From Vitrella brassicaformis CCMP3155 (Eukaryota; Protista; Chromerida), in contig CDMY01000289.1 of NCBI GenBank assembly GCA_001179505.1, forward strand, positions 68,839-132,838: 64,000 bases of DNA, read 5' to 3'. The translations under genes and the position numbers were made by a program. Below are positions 12,167 to 23,558 of this stretch, piece by piece. The notes under the pieces were generated by a model. It was not told where the DNA came from, ran no database searches, and was given only the letters and a program-made list of their open reading frames with translations. Position 1 is the first letter of the stretch; each line of letters opens with the position of its first letter.

Positions 12167-12552
12167 GTGAACTGAGGCGGGAGAGGCAGTCGTGTCCATG
12201 ATGTGTGCAGCTGGGAAGGAGTAGATATGGGACGAGAGAGGTAGTTGCAAATAAACAGACACCGGCACAGCTCTGTCACACGACGACAGAGCTGTTTGTT
12301 CCTCCATGTATATAGGCAGAATGTTTGCATGTGCGACGCCAATCTGTTTTTATTGTCATTTCCTGTATTGACGGCACCGTTTATGATGCTTGAGACAGAC
12401 GACAAAAGTCAAGACAACATCGTGACAAGCCAGCCGAGGGTCTGCCGGTAGCTGGGCCCGAATGTGCCGCGCCAGACATTGAGCAGAAGTTGAACTGTCG
12501 TTGTTGAATTCCTCCGCCGTCGATCTCATATGTTGCACTCTGGCGGGCCGAG

Positions 12553-12576
12553 AAACCCTTCAGTCTTGAAACCCTG
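12553..12576 (+). promoter_or_regulatory. 24-bp double telobox-like element upstream of the HDAC gene
   Basis: AAACCCTTCAGTCTTGAAACCCTG about 270 bp upstream of the ATG at 12847. Confidence 0.45.
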
Positions 12577-12846
12577 CAGGTTTTTGACTGGCGCTCCGAC
12601 ATCACCACGCGTTTACCCGCGCTTCACTCCGATCGCCGAATCGCCGAGGCGCCGCATCGCCATACACGGGAAAGGAGTGGAGCACCTGATCTGATCAGCC
12701 GGCTGGGAACGAGGAAAGCCTCACAAGCAGCACCAGCAGCACCAGCAGCAGCGACCACAGCAGACCAACCGCACATGAGCCAGTCGCAGGCTCCGCAGCA
12801 GCCGCCAGATTCAGCCAGTCAAGTCAGCAGTTGAGAGGAGGAGAGG

Positions 12847-13902
12847 ATGGCGAATCGTCAGAAGGTCGCTTACTTCTACGACTCTGACATCGGGAGCTAC
12901 TACTATGGTGCGGGGCACCCCATGAAGCCGCAGCGCATGAAGATGACACACGCGCTCATCATGGCGTATGACCTATACAGGAAGATGGAGGTCAGCCACA
13001 CACGCACACAAGGGAGGGAGGGAGGCCGGGAGGGAGGGACGGAGGGAGGAGCCTGTGTGTGTGTGTGTGTGTGTTGTGTGTGAAGGTGTACCGTCCCCAC
13101 AAGGCGAGTGACCCTGAGCTTGAGATGTTCCACGAGCAGGACTACATCAACTTCCTCTCACAGATCAACCCAGAGACCACAAAGGTCAGACAGACAGACA
13201 GACAGACACACAAGGAAGCACACGCACACATGATCAGGTTCTTACGTGTGTGTGTGTGTGTGTGCGTGTGGTGCTGCTGTTGACCGATCAGGATTGGATC
13301 CAGCAGATGAAGCGCTTCAACGTGGGCGAGGCCACCGACTGCCCCGTCTTCGACGGACTCTTCGAGTTCCAGGTGTGTGAATGAGTGATACCGACCAATC
13401 TGCTGCCTGTCTGTCTGCTTGCGATGTCCATCTGTGTGCGTGCGTATGTGTGTGTGTGTGTGCAGCAATCGTGTGCGGGTGCGTCGATCGACGGCGCGCA
13501 GAAGCTCAACAACGGCCAGAGCGACGTGTGCATCAACTGGTCTGGGGGGCTGCACCACGCCAAGAGGGCAGAGGCCTCGGGCTTCTGCTACATCAATGTG
13601 AGAGCGCACGGGCAGACAGACGTCCAGGCGACCACAGACACCCAGAGAGGGAGATTCACCCATCCATCTCTCTGTGTGTGGGTGGGTGGGTGGATTGGTC
13701 CAGGACATTGTGCTGGGCATATTGGAGCTGCTCAAGTACCATGCTCGCGTAATGTACGTCGACATCGACATTCATCACGGCGATGGGGTCGAGGAGGCAT
13801 TCTACGTCACACCGAGGTAGGTGGGTGCAGTCAGGCAGACACACACAATACAGTACTGAACGCCATAGCCAGGTGGAATCGCCTGTATGTCTGTGGTTGT
13901 CC

Positions 13903-13936
<34 letters not shown>

Positions 13937-15270
13937 GGTGATGACAGTGTCGTTCCACAAGTTTGGCGACTTCTTCCCGGGCACAGGGGACATCACCGAC
14001 GTCGGAGCCCAGAAAGGTGACTGACCAGCCAAACAGATGCTATGCTGCACACCGATGAGTGAGTGCTCCATCTGCCTGTTGTCTGTCTGTCTGTCTGTCT
14101 GTCTGTGCGTGTGTGGTGTGGCACAGGCAAGTACTACTCAGTGAACGTGCCGCTGCAGGACGGCATCGACAACGAGTCCTTCCTGGCCCTTTTCCGCCCC
14201 ATCATGAACAAGTGCGTCGAAGTCTACAGGCCGGGCGCAATCGTCCTCCAGTGCGGCGCTGACTCGCTCCACGGTAAATAGGGGGCGATCGATGGATGCA
14301 TCGCATCCAGCCATCCACACACACATGCATGTGATGTGGCTGCACATGACATGTGGCGGGTGGGTGGGTGCGTTCAGGTGACCGTCTGGGCAAGTTCAAT
14401 CTGACGATCCAGGGCCACGCTGCGTGTGTCAAGCACTGCCAGTCTTTCAACATCCCGCTGCTGGTGCTGGGCGGCGGCGGATACACCATACGGAACGTCG
14501 CTCGGTGAGTGAGCAGTCGTCAGTCCAGTCAACACACAGACAGGGAAGGAGGGAGGGAGGGACCAGTGGGATGCCGGCCGATAGGTGAATGCCTGTGTGT
14601 GTGTGTGTGTGTGTGTGTCCATGGGATGGGCGTGCCCATCCATCCATCCATCAGGTGCTGGACTTATGAGACGGGTGTGATCCTCGGTGACGAGAACAAC
14701 ATGGACAACCAAATACCTACAAACGTACGGATCGCATCCCATGTGCCCACCCACCCACTCAGGCACTCAGAGGGATATGGCCTTCGTGTGTCTGCGCTTG
14801 TTGACCAGGACTTTTACGAGTACTTCCACCCCTCGTACGAGCTGCTGCTGCCGGCCGGCGGGACGGTCGTCAACCAGAACCCCAAAGACCACCTGCAGAA
14901 GACCAAACAGCGGGTATTCGAAAATCTCGGATTTCTCGAACACGCCCCAGGTCGGTACCAACCACACACAACACACCCAACCACACACACACGCACGCAC
15001 ATTGCCCCGTGTGTTGTGCACCCTTCTCTCTCCTCCCTCTCTGTCTCTCTCTTTCTGTGTGTGTGTTTAGGCGTTCAGTTTTCGCACGTCCCGCCGGATT
15101 TCTTTGACGACAACGACGACGAGGACGAAGAGATGCAGCGGACTGTGGGGTGGTCGGGCGGCGGCCGGGCCCCGGGCATCATGGACGGGGGCAAGGGCAC
15201 ACACAGAGTAAGGGGCAGGGACAACCCCAATGACCTCTACCCTGAGAACCTTAGAGCGCGAGCAGGATGA
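12847..15270 (+). CDS. HDAC3: Class I histone deacetylase (RPD3/HDAC1 family, apicomplexan HDAC3 type); 11 exons
   Basis: Fully spliceable: [125 protein letters not shown]. All introns are GT-AG. Confidence 0.97.
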
Positions 15271-15553
15271 ATGACCAGACTGATCGACTGACATGCCTGT
15301 GGGCGTCCATGCCAGGCACACTCACAGAGAGAGACACACAGGCTTTATTATTCCGTGCTTGCTGAGATAGATGGTCGTCGGTCAATGTTGGAAGATGGTT
15401 TATGCAGACAGACAGAGGTCAGGTCGCGCAGCCACAACACAGCAGAGTGGCAGGCAGCACATTGAGAGAGAAGGCGTCACAGATAAGGCACCTGGCTCGA
15501 GAAACCGAGACCAGGTCAGGTCAGATCAGAAGGTCCTGCAGTCAGTCAGTCGG

Positions 15554-16449
15554 TCACTTGGAGGAGAGCATCATCATCTGGATGTAGTCGGTGTAGTTGA
15601 ACATGCCATCCGCACTGTCCAGCTGACTCACCAACGTACGACCCTGCACACATACACAACCATCCCGCACACACACACAAGGAGAAACAGAAAGAGAAAG
15701 ACCTGCAGAGACCGACTCATGCGCACGCGCCATATCTCATCTCGACCTCGTCTTCGCTGAGTTTTTCGTGGCCATAGGTGATGAGAGCCTTCTCGAGGTC
15801 AGCCACACGAATCTGACCCTCAGGCGCATCACCAGAAAACACCTGCACGCAGGCAGACACACACACATACACACACACAATCGGTGTCTCCTTCGGCTGG
15901 CCGGCTGGCTGCAGGTGCGAGGCTCACTTACTTTGAAAGCTCTCCTGACTTCGTCTGGTGTGTAGTCGGCGTTGACTTTGCGCGACATGACCTTGACGAA
16001 CTCTGAAGAGGGAGCAAACAACAAGCAACAAGCAACAAGACAGCGCAGCAGTCTGCTGTCTCGATGGTGCGGGTTGAGATGACATGAAAAGGGCTGACCG
16101 TCAAAGTCGATTTCGCCGTCTCCGTTGTCGTCTATCTCGCTCACCATCAGCTGCAGCTCCTCCTGCGTAGTCGGGATGCCTAGACACCACACAACACAAC
16201 AGGACACACACGCCACAAGACCAAGAATCACAAGCCAGTGACCCGTTGTGCCGTTTCCCCGTCCCCCCGTCCCCTCTCTCGGCTTTTCTTTGCCCTCAGC
16301 TAATGGCAGACAGCCCCCCATTGCTCACCGAGTGTCTCCATGAGCTTCCCCAGCTCATCTGTCGATATGCTCCCGCCGCCGTCGGTGTCCACGAGGTTGA
16401 AGATCTCACGAAACTCACGAATGTCGTCGTCTGTCAGGTTCGACGCCAT
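15554..16449 (-). CDS. Calmodulin-like EF-hand protein, possibly an outer-arm dynein LC4-type light chain; 5 exons
   Basis: MASNLTDDDIREFREIFNLVDTDGGGSISTDELGKLMETL/GIPTTQEELQLMVSEIDDNGDGEIDFD/EFVKVMSRKVNADYTPDEVRRAFK/VFSGDAPEGQIRVADLEKALITYGHEKLSEDE/GRTLVSQLDSADGMFNYTDYIQMMMLSSK*. The LC4 resemblance is from memory. Confidence 0.9.
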
Positions 16450-17071
16450 CCTGCCGATCTCAAAGGCGGAACACACCGAAATCTGCCACGCGCCGGCCAG
16501 AAACTGCGAGCTAAGATTGCGGCCAGGCTGCATGGTTGCCCAGCTTGGTGCAGACATTGTTCAAGGCAAAATGTTCATGACCGAAAATGATCATACACGA
16601 GACAGATGTCTCGCCGCCCATGATCCTTTATTTGTTTGTACACACAACGAACGGCTCATATGTATGTGCATCAGATGTGCATGCGTGTGTTTGTCTGTCT
16701 GGGAGGGGAGGGAATGTACACCGTGGCATCCACGCCTAGCTCGATAAAACAGTGCCGACTGTAGAAAACAGTGCTTGACTGACTACACACACAATTGTAC
16801 ATTCACGAATTATCGTGTCGTCCCATGACAAACGTGCCTTCATGCGTATGCCTGGAGGGACGGACTGACTCATCTCTCGGCCCGCAAACTGAAGAGCTGC
16901 GGTCTGCTGCCACGCAGCTGATGAGCTGCTGACTCCCGTCACCATGACAACTCCTCCACGCCACAGACAGACAGACAGACAGACAGAAGACTGTGTAGGT
17001 GTCATCAGCTGAAATGGTGCCTTACCTTCAGTGACGACCTGAGAAGTGCCGGTGGATAACTCGTCGACCGA

Positions 17072-17873
17072 ACACGACCGCCTCTCCCGCCTTAGTTCAC
17101 TTAGGTGAGTAATGGTTGAGTTCCCTCATCAGGGGCTGCCCGCTGCTGCCGCCTCTCATTGAAGCGGCGCCACCACTTCACCAAAAAGAAGGCGCTCTCT
17201 CTCCGCCACATCTCCTCCTTCTCGGGACTCCACAGTGGACCTGACACACACAGGCGCACACACACACACACACACGTGGAGAGGGAGAGTCAGGCAGGCA
17301 GGCAGTCCTGCTGTGTCGGTGTGGCGCCTCACCCAGCCAGATGGCGTATACATCGCGGTGTTGCAGGTCGCGTACTTCGTACTCACCGTCTGTGCCAATG
17401 AAGCGCACCTGACAACACCGACACTTTGGACACCAATGGAATGAGTCCCCTCTTACTGGTTTGGCCGACCAGTCTGTTGGCCTCCAGTCCGCGACATTTG
17501 AACTTTTTCCATATCAGCTTCGCATTGTAGGCCTCCCCTGCCATGCCGGTCCAACGGCGCAGTCGGCACACCTCTGGGTGGTCTTTGTAGTACACCAGCA
17601 CGTCCTTGTAGCCCTCGCACTCGGGAGGCCAGGGGCCTCGCCATCGAGGAGGGCGGGCAGGCCGCTGGGAAACGTCAAACACCCTCCTATAAAGGTGCAG
17701 GGGACGTCGCCACATCCTGAGCAGGGTTTGACGACCGAAGGGTTTTAAGACCGAAGGGTTCTGAGCGGGGTTTGTAGACTGAAGGGTTCAAACCCCGCGG
17801 AGGAGGGTGCATTCGGGCGGCAGGTGCGATGCAGGAGAGATCTTCACCACACAACTCAGATCTGTTTGTTTTT
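17072..17873 (-). repeat. Right arm of the inverted duplication (partner 11303-12195)
   Basis: Reverse-complement identity to 11303-12195; includes the AAACCC-TTCGGTC array and the 24-bp element at 17722-17745. Confidence 0.92.
17101..17715 (-). CDS. Orphan Trp/Arg-rich protein of about 153 aa; 3 exons
   Basis: MWRRPLHLY...KFKCRGLEANRL / VRFIGTDGEYEVRDLQHRDVYAIWL / GPLWSPEKEEMWRRESAFFLVKWWRRFNERRQQRAAPDEGTQPLLT*. Canonical GT-AG introns are conserved in both copies, and some differences are synonymous (AAG/AAA, AAT/AAC). Confidence 0.68.
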
Positions 17874-18004
17874 GTGTGCGTTCAGGTTGAGAGGCTCGTT
17901 GGGAAGATGAAGATGGCTTCCCCCCCGAACGGGGAAGGGGAGGTTTGGAAGATGGTGATGTTGGAGGAAGAATCGGTATGCAGCTGTGTGCACGGGAACT
18001 CGCC

Positions 18005-19867
18005 ATGACTACACACACGTGACGCGAGTTCTGTCTGTCAGACTGTCTTCCCTCTCAGCCACGACCTCCTCATTCGCGTGTTCGGCTCCCTGTGTCCTTT
18101 CGACCTCTCGCGGCTCCTTCCCGTCCTCCCGGCACCCCTTGTCATCCGCGCCTTCACACACCACACCCACATGACGATCAACGGCTCGGCAGAGGCTGGG
18201 GAGAGGAGGCTCTGGGAGGATCTGCAGCCGTCCGAGGCCTTCACATGGGGGAGGCGAGCTGTCCATCTCAGAGAGCTGCGCGTCGTGCTGCCGAATGGAG
18301 CGCCCAGGTGGTGCATGGCGGTGTGGATGGCGGTGTTGGAAGGCCATGCAGAAGGAAGGCGACAACTGGCTGGCCGCGAGTTGGCCAACCGAGTCAGGAG
18401 CGTCGAGGACAGAGGCACCTTGAGGGTACTTGCCTTCTCGCGAGATGCTGAAGGGGAGCCTTACCCATCCGGCAACACCGTGTCAGCCGACCCGCTTTCC
18501 CCTCCCCAATCGCCCGTCGGTCTGCCGGCACTCGAGGAAGTGGTTGGGATGCCTCTCAGCTGTGCGCTCCTTCGACACGACGGCCGCCATTGGTCCACCC
18601 CTGGCCTGTCGGTGCTGCGGCTTGACAACCATGACGAGGACACCACTTGCTTCGGCCACCAGGAGCATGATCCGTCGGAATCCTCTTCCCTCGTTGAGAG
18701 AGCACTGCGCCCATGGCTGAGTGAATGCCACTCACTGGAGGCCGTCGACGAGGACTTTCCCACCCACGACAGCAACCTGGCCCTCAAGACGGAGATCGTC
18801 AGCCTGCTGCCGAAGCGCCGCTCGCTCAGCCGTCTGCGAGAGTTGGGCAGCCTCCAGGCGTACAACTACATGGTGCACCAGGTCGATCAGCTCCGCGACG
18901 CCCTTGTTGCCAGGGGCTGCCACCGATCTGTGCGGAGCGTGCCCATCGAGCTCGGCTGCCATCTCGCCTTGGACGACATCCGCTATGTGGAGCATCTGGC
19001 GGGTCTGTCCATGGCCGTCATGACCCCAGAGGCGCTGTGGGGCCAGCCGCAGATTATCAGCGAGGGGGGCGAGATCGATGCCGCCGTCATCAAGTCGGTG
19101 TCATCACAGGAGCAGCAGGAGGAGGGCCATCAGCTTAAGGACGGCAGGGCGGCACTCGTGGCCAAGTACGTGAGGGAGTACGCCTGTGCTGCTGTTGTCG
19201 TGCGCTTCTCCTTCTCCTCCGATGCCGGTGGGGACGTCTTGTCGCGCGACAAGTGGCTGGGTGTCTTCCCCGTTGCCGAGTCGCTCATCATCTCTGCCGA
19301 TGAGGCCGACAACAACCACAGCGACAGTGACAGAGAAGACCTCCGGGTGCGGGAGGCCGTGTCGGTTGCGGCCAGCATGCCGGCACTGACGCATGTCACC
19401 TTCAAGGGCGGGGTGCGGCCCTCACTGGTGGTGCGGTTCCTGACGGCTCTCCAGTCGACTCACAAGGGCCATCCACTGCGAGTGACAGTTCTCGTGACGG
19501 CAGAGAGCCTGGCTGATGGTGGCCTGTGTGCGGTGGGGAGGAAGATGCCGCTCATCGACAGGCTGGACATCGTGCTGCTAGGTCAGCAAGGAAGGGACAC
19601 ACACACAACCTGCGAAGAGCGGTGTACAAATGTCCTCTGTCTGCTGTGTGTGTGGTGTGTCCAGGCAGTGTGCCGCCCTCAGTGTGTGTGGGAGACCTCT
19701 TCAACGCTCTCAGATCGCTGCTGTTCTGGCTGCCGGCGATCCGCTCGAGAGTGGTTCTGCGCGACGAGTCGCTGCTCGAGCATGTCAGCGCCCATTTGGC
19801 TGTCGCACATACATGTGGGATGGGGCTGAGAGGGGGTGCCCTGGTCGTGCGGCGGGATGGACAGTAG
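18005..19867 (+). CDS. Lineage-specific hypothetical protein with an F-box-like N-terminal segment; start uncertain
   Basis: Long ORF 18078-19829 with upstream in-frame LSHDLLIRVFGSLCPFDLSRL; intron at about 19580-19665; terminal exon GSVPPSVCVGDLF...LVVRRDGQ* ends at 19867. Confidence 0.7.
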
Positions 19868-20177
19868 GATCAGTGGCTATAGATTCGCGTTGCGTGTGTG
19901 GGCTTTATTACGTGTTAAGTGTATGTGTGGTGCCATGAGTGCTTTGTTGCGGAACACACAAAACCATTCATGACATGAGATGTCTGTCGGCCGGCCGATC
20001 TATCTCGAGAGTCTGATCTACCCACTGCAGACGAACGGCATGAAGCCGGCACGCCACTCGTGAATGCACTCAGCTAACCAACAGCCACCAACACTCGGGC
20101 AACTCAGTCAATCACACCGTCACGGCACACGGACATTCGCATGAAGCGGCATGCACTTCTGGCTCCACCACCGACTC

Positions 20178-21966
20178 TCATCCATCCGTTTGTCCATTTG
20201 GTCTACAAAGCATCCTATCCCTCCGCCTCCGCGTGGCCTCCTCACTGATGCCCATGTCGTCCCACCCCCTGCCATGGCCCCCATCAGCCCCTCGCCCCAG
20301 GGTATGCGACGGATGGCGATAGAACCCACCATGCGGCCGAAACGGCCCCCTCGGCGGCCCCCTCCCCACCCCCTGAGTGTTTGTCGCCCCAGTGGCGTGA
20401 GACACGCTCAGTGCCCCGCCCCCATGGCCCTGATGCTGCTGCTGGAAGTGGGGTTGTTGGTTGCCGCCCATCTGGTGCTGTTGGCCATTGGGGCCCATGA
20501 GTTGCTGTTGCTGCTGCTGCTGCACATTGTGTCTAGGGGGCGGTGGGAAAGGCTGTCTGGGAGGTCTCCGGGGAACGGGGCGAGGAGGGGGACGGTTGGC
20601 GGTCGTGTTGGTGGTCGGGGCGGGGGCGGACACACTGTTGTCGTTGCTGCTGGTGAAGCCAGATGCAGCAGCAGCAGGTGCTGCACCACGAACAAACGGA
20701 CGACGCGGCACCGGACGAAACGGCGCCTGACATGAAGAGAACCCCACACCATCCAATGTGTGCACGTGTTGCCATCCTATGCTGTCTATGTGATGTGTCT
20801 GTGTCTCTGCCGCACCGGCGTGTTGGGCATGCGAGGCATGCGAGGTCGGGTGAATGCTCCTGGCGCCGCTTGCTTGGGTGCGGGTGCGGGTGCGGGCGGC
20901 GGCTGCACGACCTCGTCGAAATCGATGTCACTGAGGTCGATGTCGTCCAGGTTGATGTCGTCATGCGCAGCCTGAACCAACGCACATGGGGGGGCAAGGT
21001 CGGGTGGTCTTGGTGTACCTGTTGCTGTGGCTGCGGTGGCTGCTGTGGCGCCATGGGTGCCGCTGCAGCAGCTGCAGCTGCAGCAGCGGGTGGTGCTGGT
21101 GGGAGCGGGACTAGGTCATTGAGGCCATCGAGAAGGGCGTCATCGAAATTATCCAAATCAAACTGAAAGACACACACACTCAGCCATCCCGGGGAAGCCA
21201 TCTCTCTTAGGAGCGGTGCTCTCACGTCGTTACTGATGGCCTGCTGCTGATTCTGCTGCTGCTGCAGAGGCCCTCCAGACGGCTGCACACCACCTCCTCC
21301 CGCGTCCCCACCCCCAGACGCCCCCACAGCTACTCCGCTGCGATGCAGTGGCCGGCCACCACCAAATGGCGGCCGTCTGGGCGGCGGGGGATACGCCGGC
21401 GGCCTGACGATGGTGGCCTTCTCGGGCGGCGGATGGGCCTTGGCATTCTGATGCTGGTGCTGGTGCTGGTGGTTGTATTGGTATTGTGCCGGGGGCGGTC
21501 GTGGCGGTGGAGGTCGGTGCGGCCGGTGGTGCGCGTGAATCTGAGGCCACAGATCGACAGCCTCCTGTGTGTACCATACATATGCAGTACGAACCACACA
21601 GGATGATCGATCCACACATCCATATGTACAACGAGGGGAGGGGAGGGGTGGGAGAGTGCTCACGTCATTGGATGGCGTCATCATGCTGGGACTGAGCGCC
21701 CGCAGGCCGGGAGGACGCACCGGCCCTGACGGCGGATACCCTGACACACACCAGGCGCCCATGCGTCCACCCAGCCATGCACAAGTGTCCCTTCCAGTCT
21801 CACCGCGCTGATTCGGGTGCGATACTGGCGGCCGAGCTGGCGCTCGAGGAGGGCGTACGAAAGGTCGTGGAGGCGGACGTGGCGGGACCTGTGGCGGCGG
21901 GCCAGCCGCCGCCGTGTTGGCGATGTCCTCATCATTGATGCCGTCCAGGAGCGCCGACAGGTCCTG

Positions 21967-21997
<31 letters not shown>

Positions 21998-23184
21998 GAG
22001 GGAGAGAGGGAGAGTGTCAACACAGGCGTCTCCTCACCCTCTAGGTGTCTGTCTGCCTCACCGAGTCTCGACCCTCGCGGGCGTCATGGTCGCCGTGGGC
22101 TGGCACAGCAACGGCCGCAGCGACAGGGGGCTGCACACCAGCGCCACCACCAGCACCAGCACCAGCACCTGCACCAGCACCTGCGCCTCCTCCAGCCTCA
22201 ACGCCGTCCAGTGGGTCTAAGTTGTCCAGCAGGCCATCCAAATCATCGCCTTCATCAATCGCCATCGCACCACCCCCAGCAGCACCAACCCCCACCTGAC
22301 ACACACATGACCAGAAGCCATTCATGTATGCATCTGTGGGACACACACGATACGTGAGTACCTGTGCATCGATATGGTTATGGCCTCCATCACGCTGCTC
22401 TACTTGCTCCCCACCCTCACCCTCACCTCCACCCTCTCCCATATCGCCCACACCGCCCTCCCCTCCCCATCCCCCTCCTGCTGCAGCCGCTCGCTGCAAC
22501 TCCCTCGGTCCGTCATCAATGGCCATGTCCATGTTATCTGCAGCAGCTGCCGCCATTTCAGCCGAGGCTGCCGCGACGGGCTGGCCTCGACGACGGGACC
22601 TCCTTGGCGAGTTCGAGTCCCGTGGCGGTGCGACATTGAGCGCCAGCATGGCCGCGCCGAGCCGTCGGGGGAACTCGGGCGGGTGTGGAGGTGGCGGGGG
22701 AGGGGGCGGGGCGGGTGGTGACGGGGGGGAATAGGGGTAGGGTGGGCCGTCCGCTTCAGAAGCCGTCTGGCTCATGGGATCCTGAATACGCATGGGAAAT
22801 GAGAGAGAGACAGATGGAGAGAGATGGAGAGAGAAGGAGAGGCGACGGATGCATGGATGGATGGATGGATGGGTGTGTTTGCGTGTGCCGTTCACCTGCT
22901 CATTCTTCCTGTCGAATTCTTCTACCAGCATGGTGAGGTACTGCTCGAACCGCACCGAGCCCTCACGGCCCTCGGGCACCGTCCGCTCGGTCACATGAAC
23001 CACCTGAACCACCACACCATGCACACGGCAGATCTCTTGCGAAATATCATCTGTGTCTCCTTTGTCCGCCGCCTTACCCCTTGCCGAATCATGGCTGCGG
23101 CGAAACTCACGCCAATCAGCCGTCGGAAGGACGCGTCAGCACGCTGCAGATGGTTGAAGGGCGTCGGAGAAAGGCATCCGCCAT
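20178..23184 (-). CDS. Pro/Gln/Gly-rich intrinsically disordered protein with repeated acidic D-L-x-x-L-L-D motifs; multi-exon
   Basis: Predicted exon 1 MADAFLRRPFNHLQRADASFRRLIGVSFAAAMIRQG is spliced to VVHVTERT...EFDRKNEQ; the following exons are poly-P/Q/A and flanked by GT-AG introns. Confidence 0.65.
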
Positions 23185-23558
23185 TGCAAATGCGGTCACA
23201 GAGGGCTCCTTACGACCCCCAGCGACGCCTTCAACGCCATTGCTGCCATTTCATCCGCCCGCCTCGGCCAGGGGAGCGAGCAGTTTCACGGAGCCATTCC
23301 CTTTGAGCTCGCGCTTTCCTCGTGCATCCTCTTCTCCCCCTCTCTGTCACCTCCTCTCTGCCTCTATGACCGTTCCATGCCCCGAGCCCTGACACATCCG
23401 CCCACGGTGGACGGCATTCGGTGCCGATGAAGGAGCAGCAAGAGAGAGATCCCCTCACCACAGCGGGAGCGGGTCAGCACGCCTTCACCCACACGCCGTC
23501 GACGGCCAACACCCGCCCATCCACTACGGCAGAAACCACTCCAGTGCTGACCTCGACG

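Larger units (their letters stand above)
11303..12195 (+). repeat. Left arm of an inverted duplication (partner 17072-17873)
   Basis: Colinear high identity from ACAGATCTGAGTTGTGTGGTGAAGATCTCTCCTGCATCGCACC to CCATTACTCACCTAAGTGAACT.AGGCGGGAGAGGC with the reverse complement of 17072-17873. Confidence 0.92.

Noticed and set aside
11303-17873. Composite transposon carrying HDAC
   Set aside because: No transposase or RT ORF, no terminal inverted repeats within the arms, and no target-site duplication identified; kept only as an inverted duplication.
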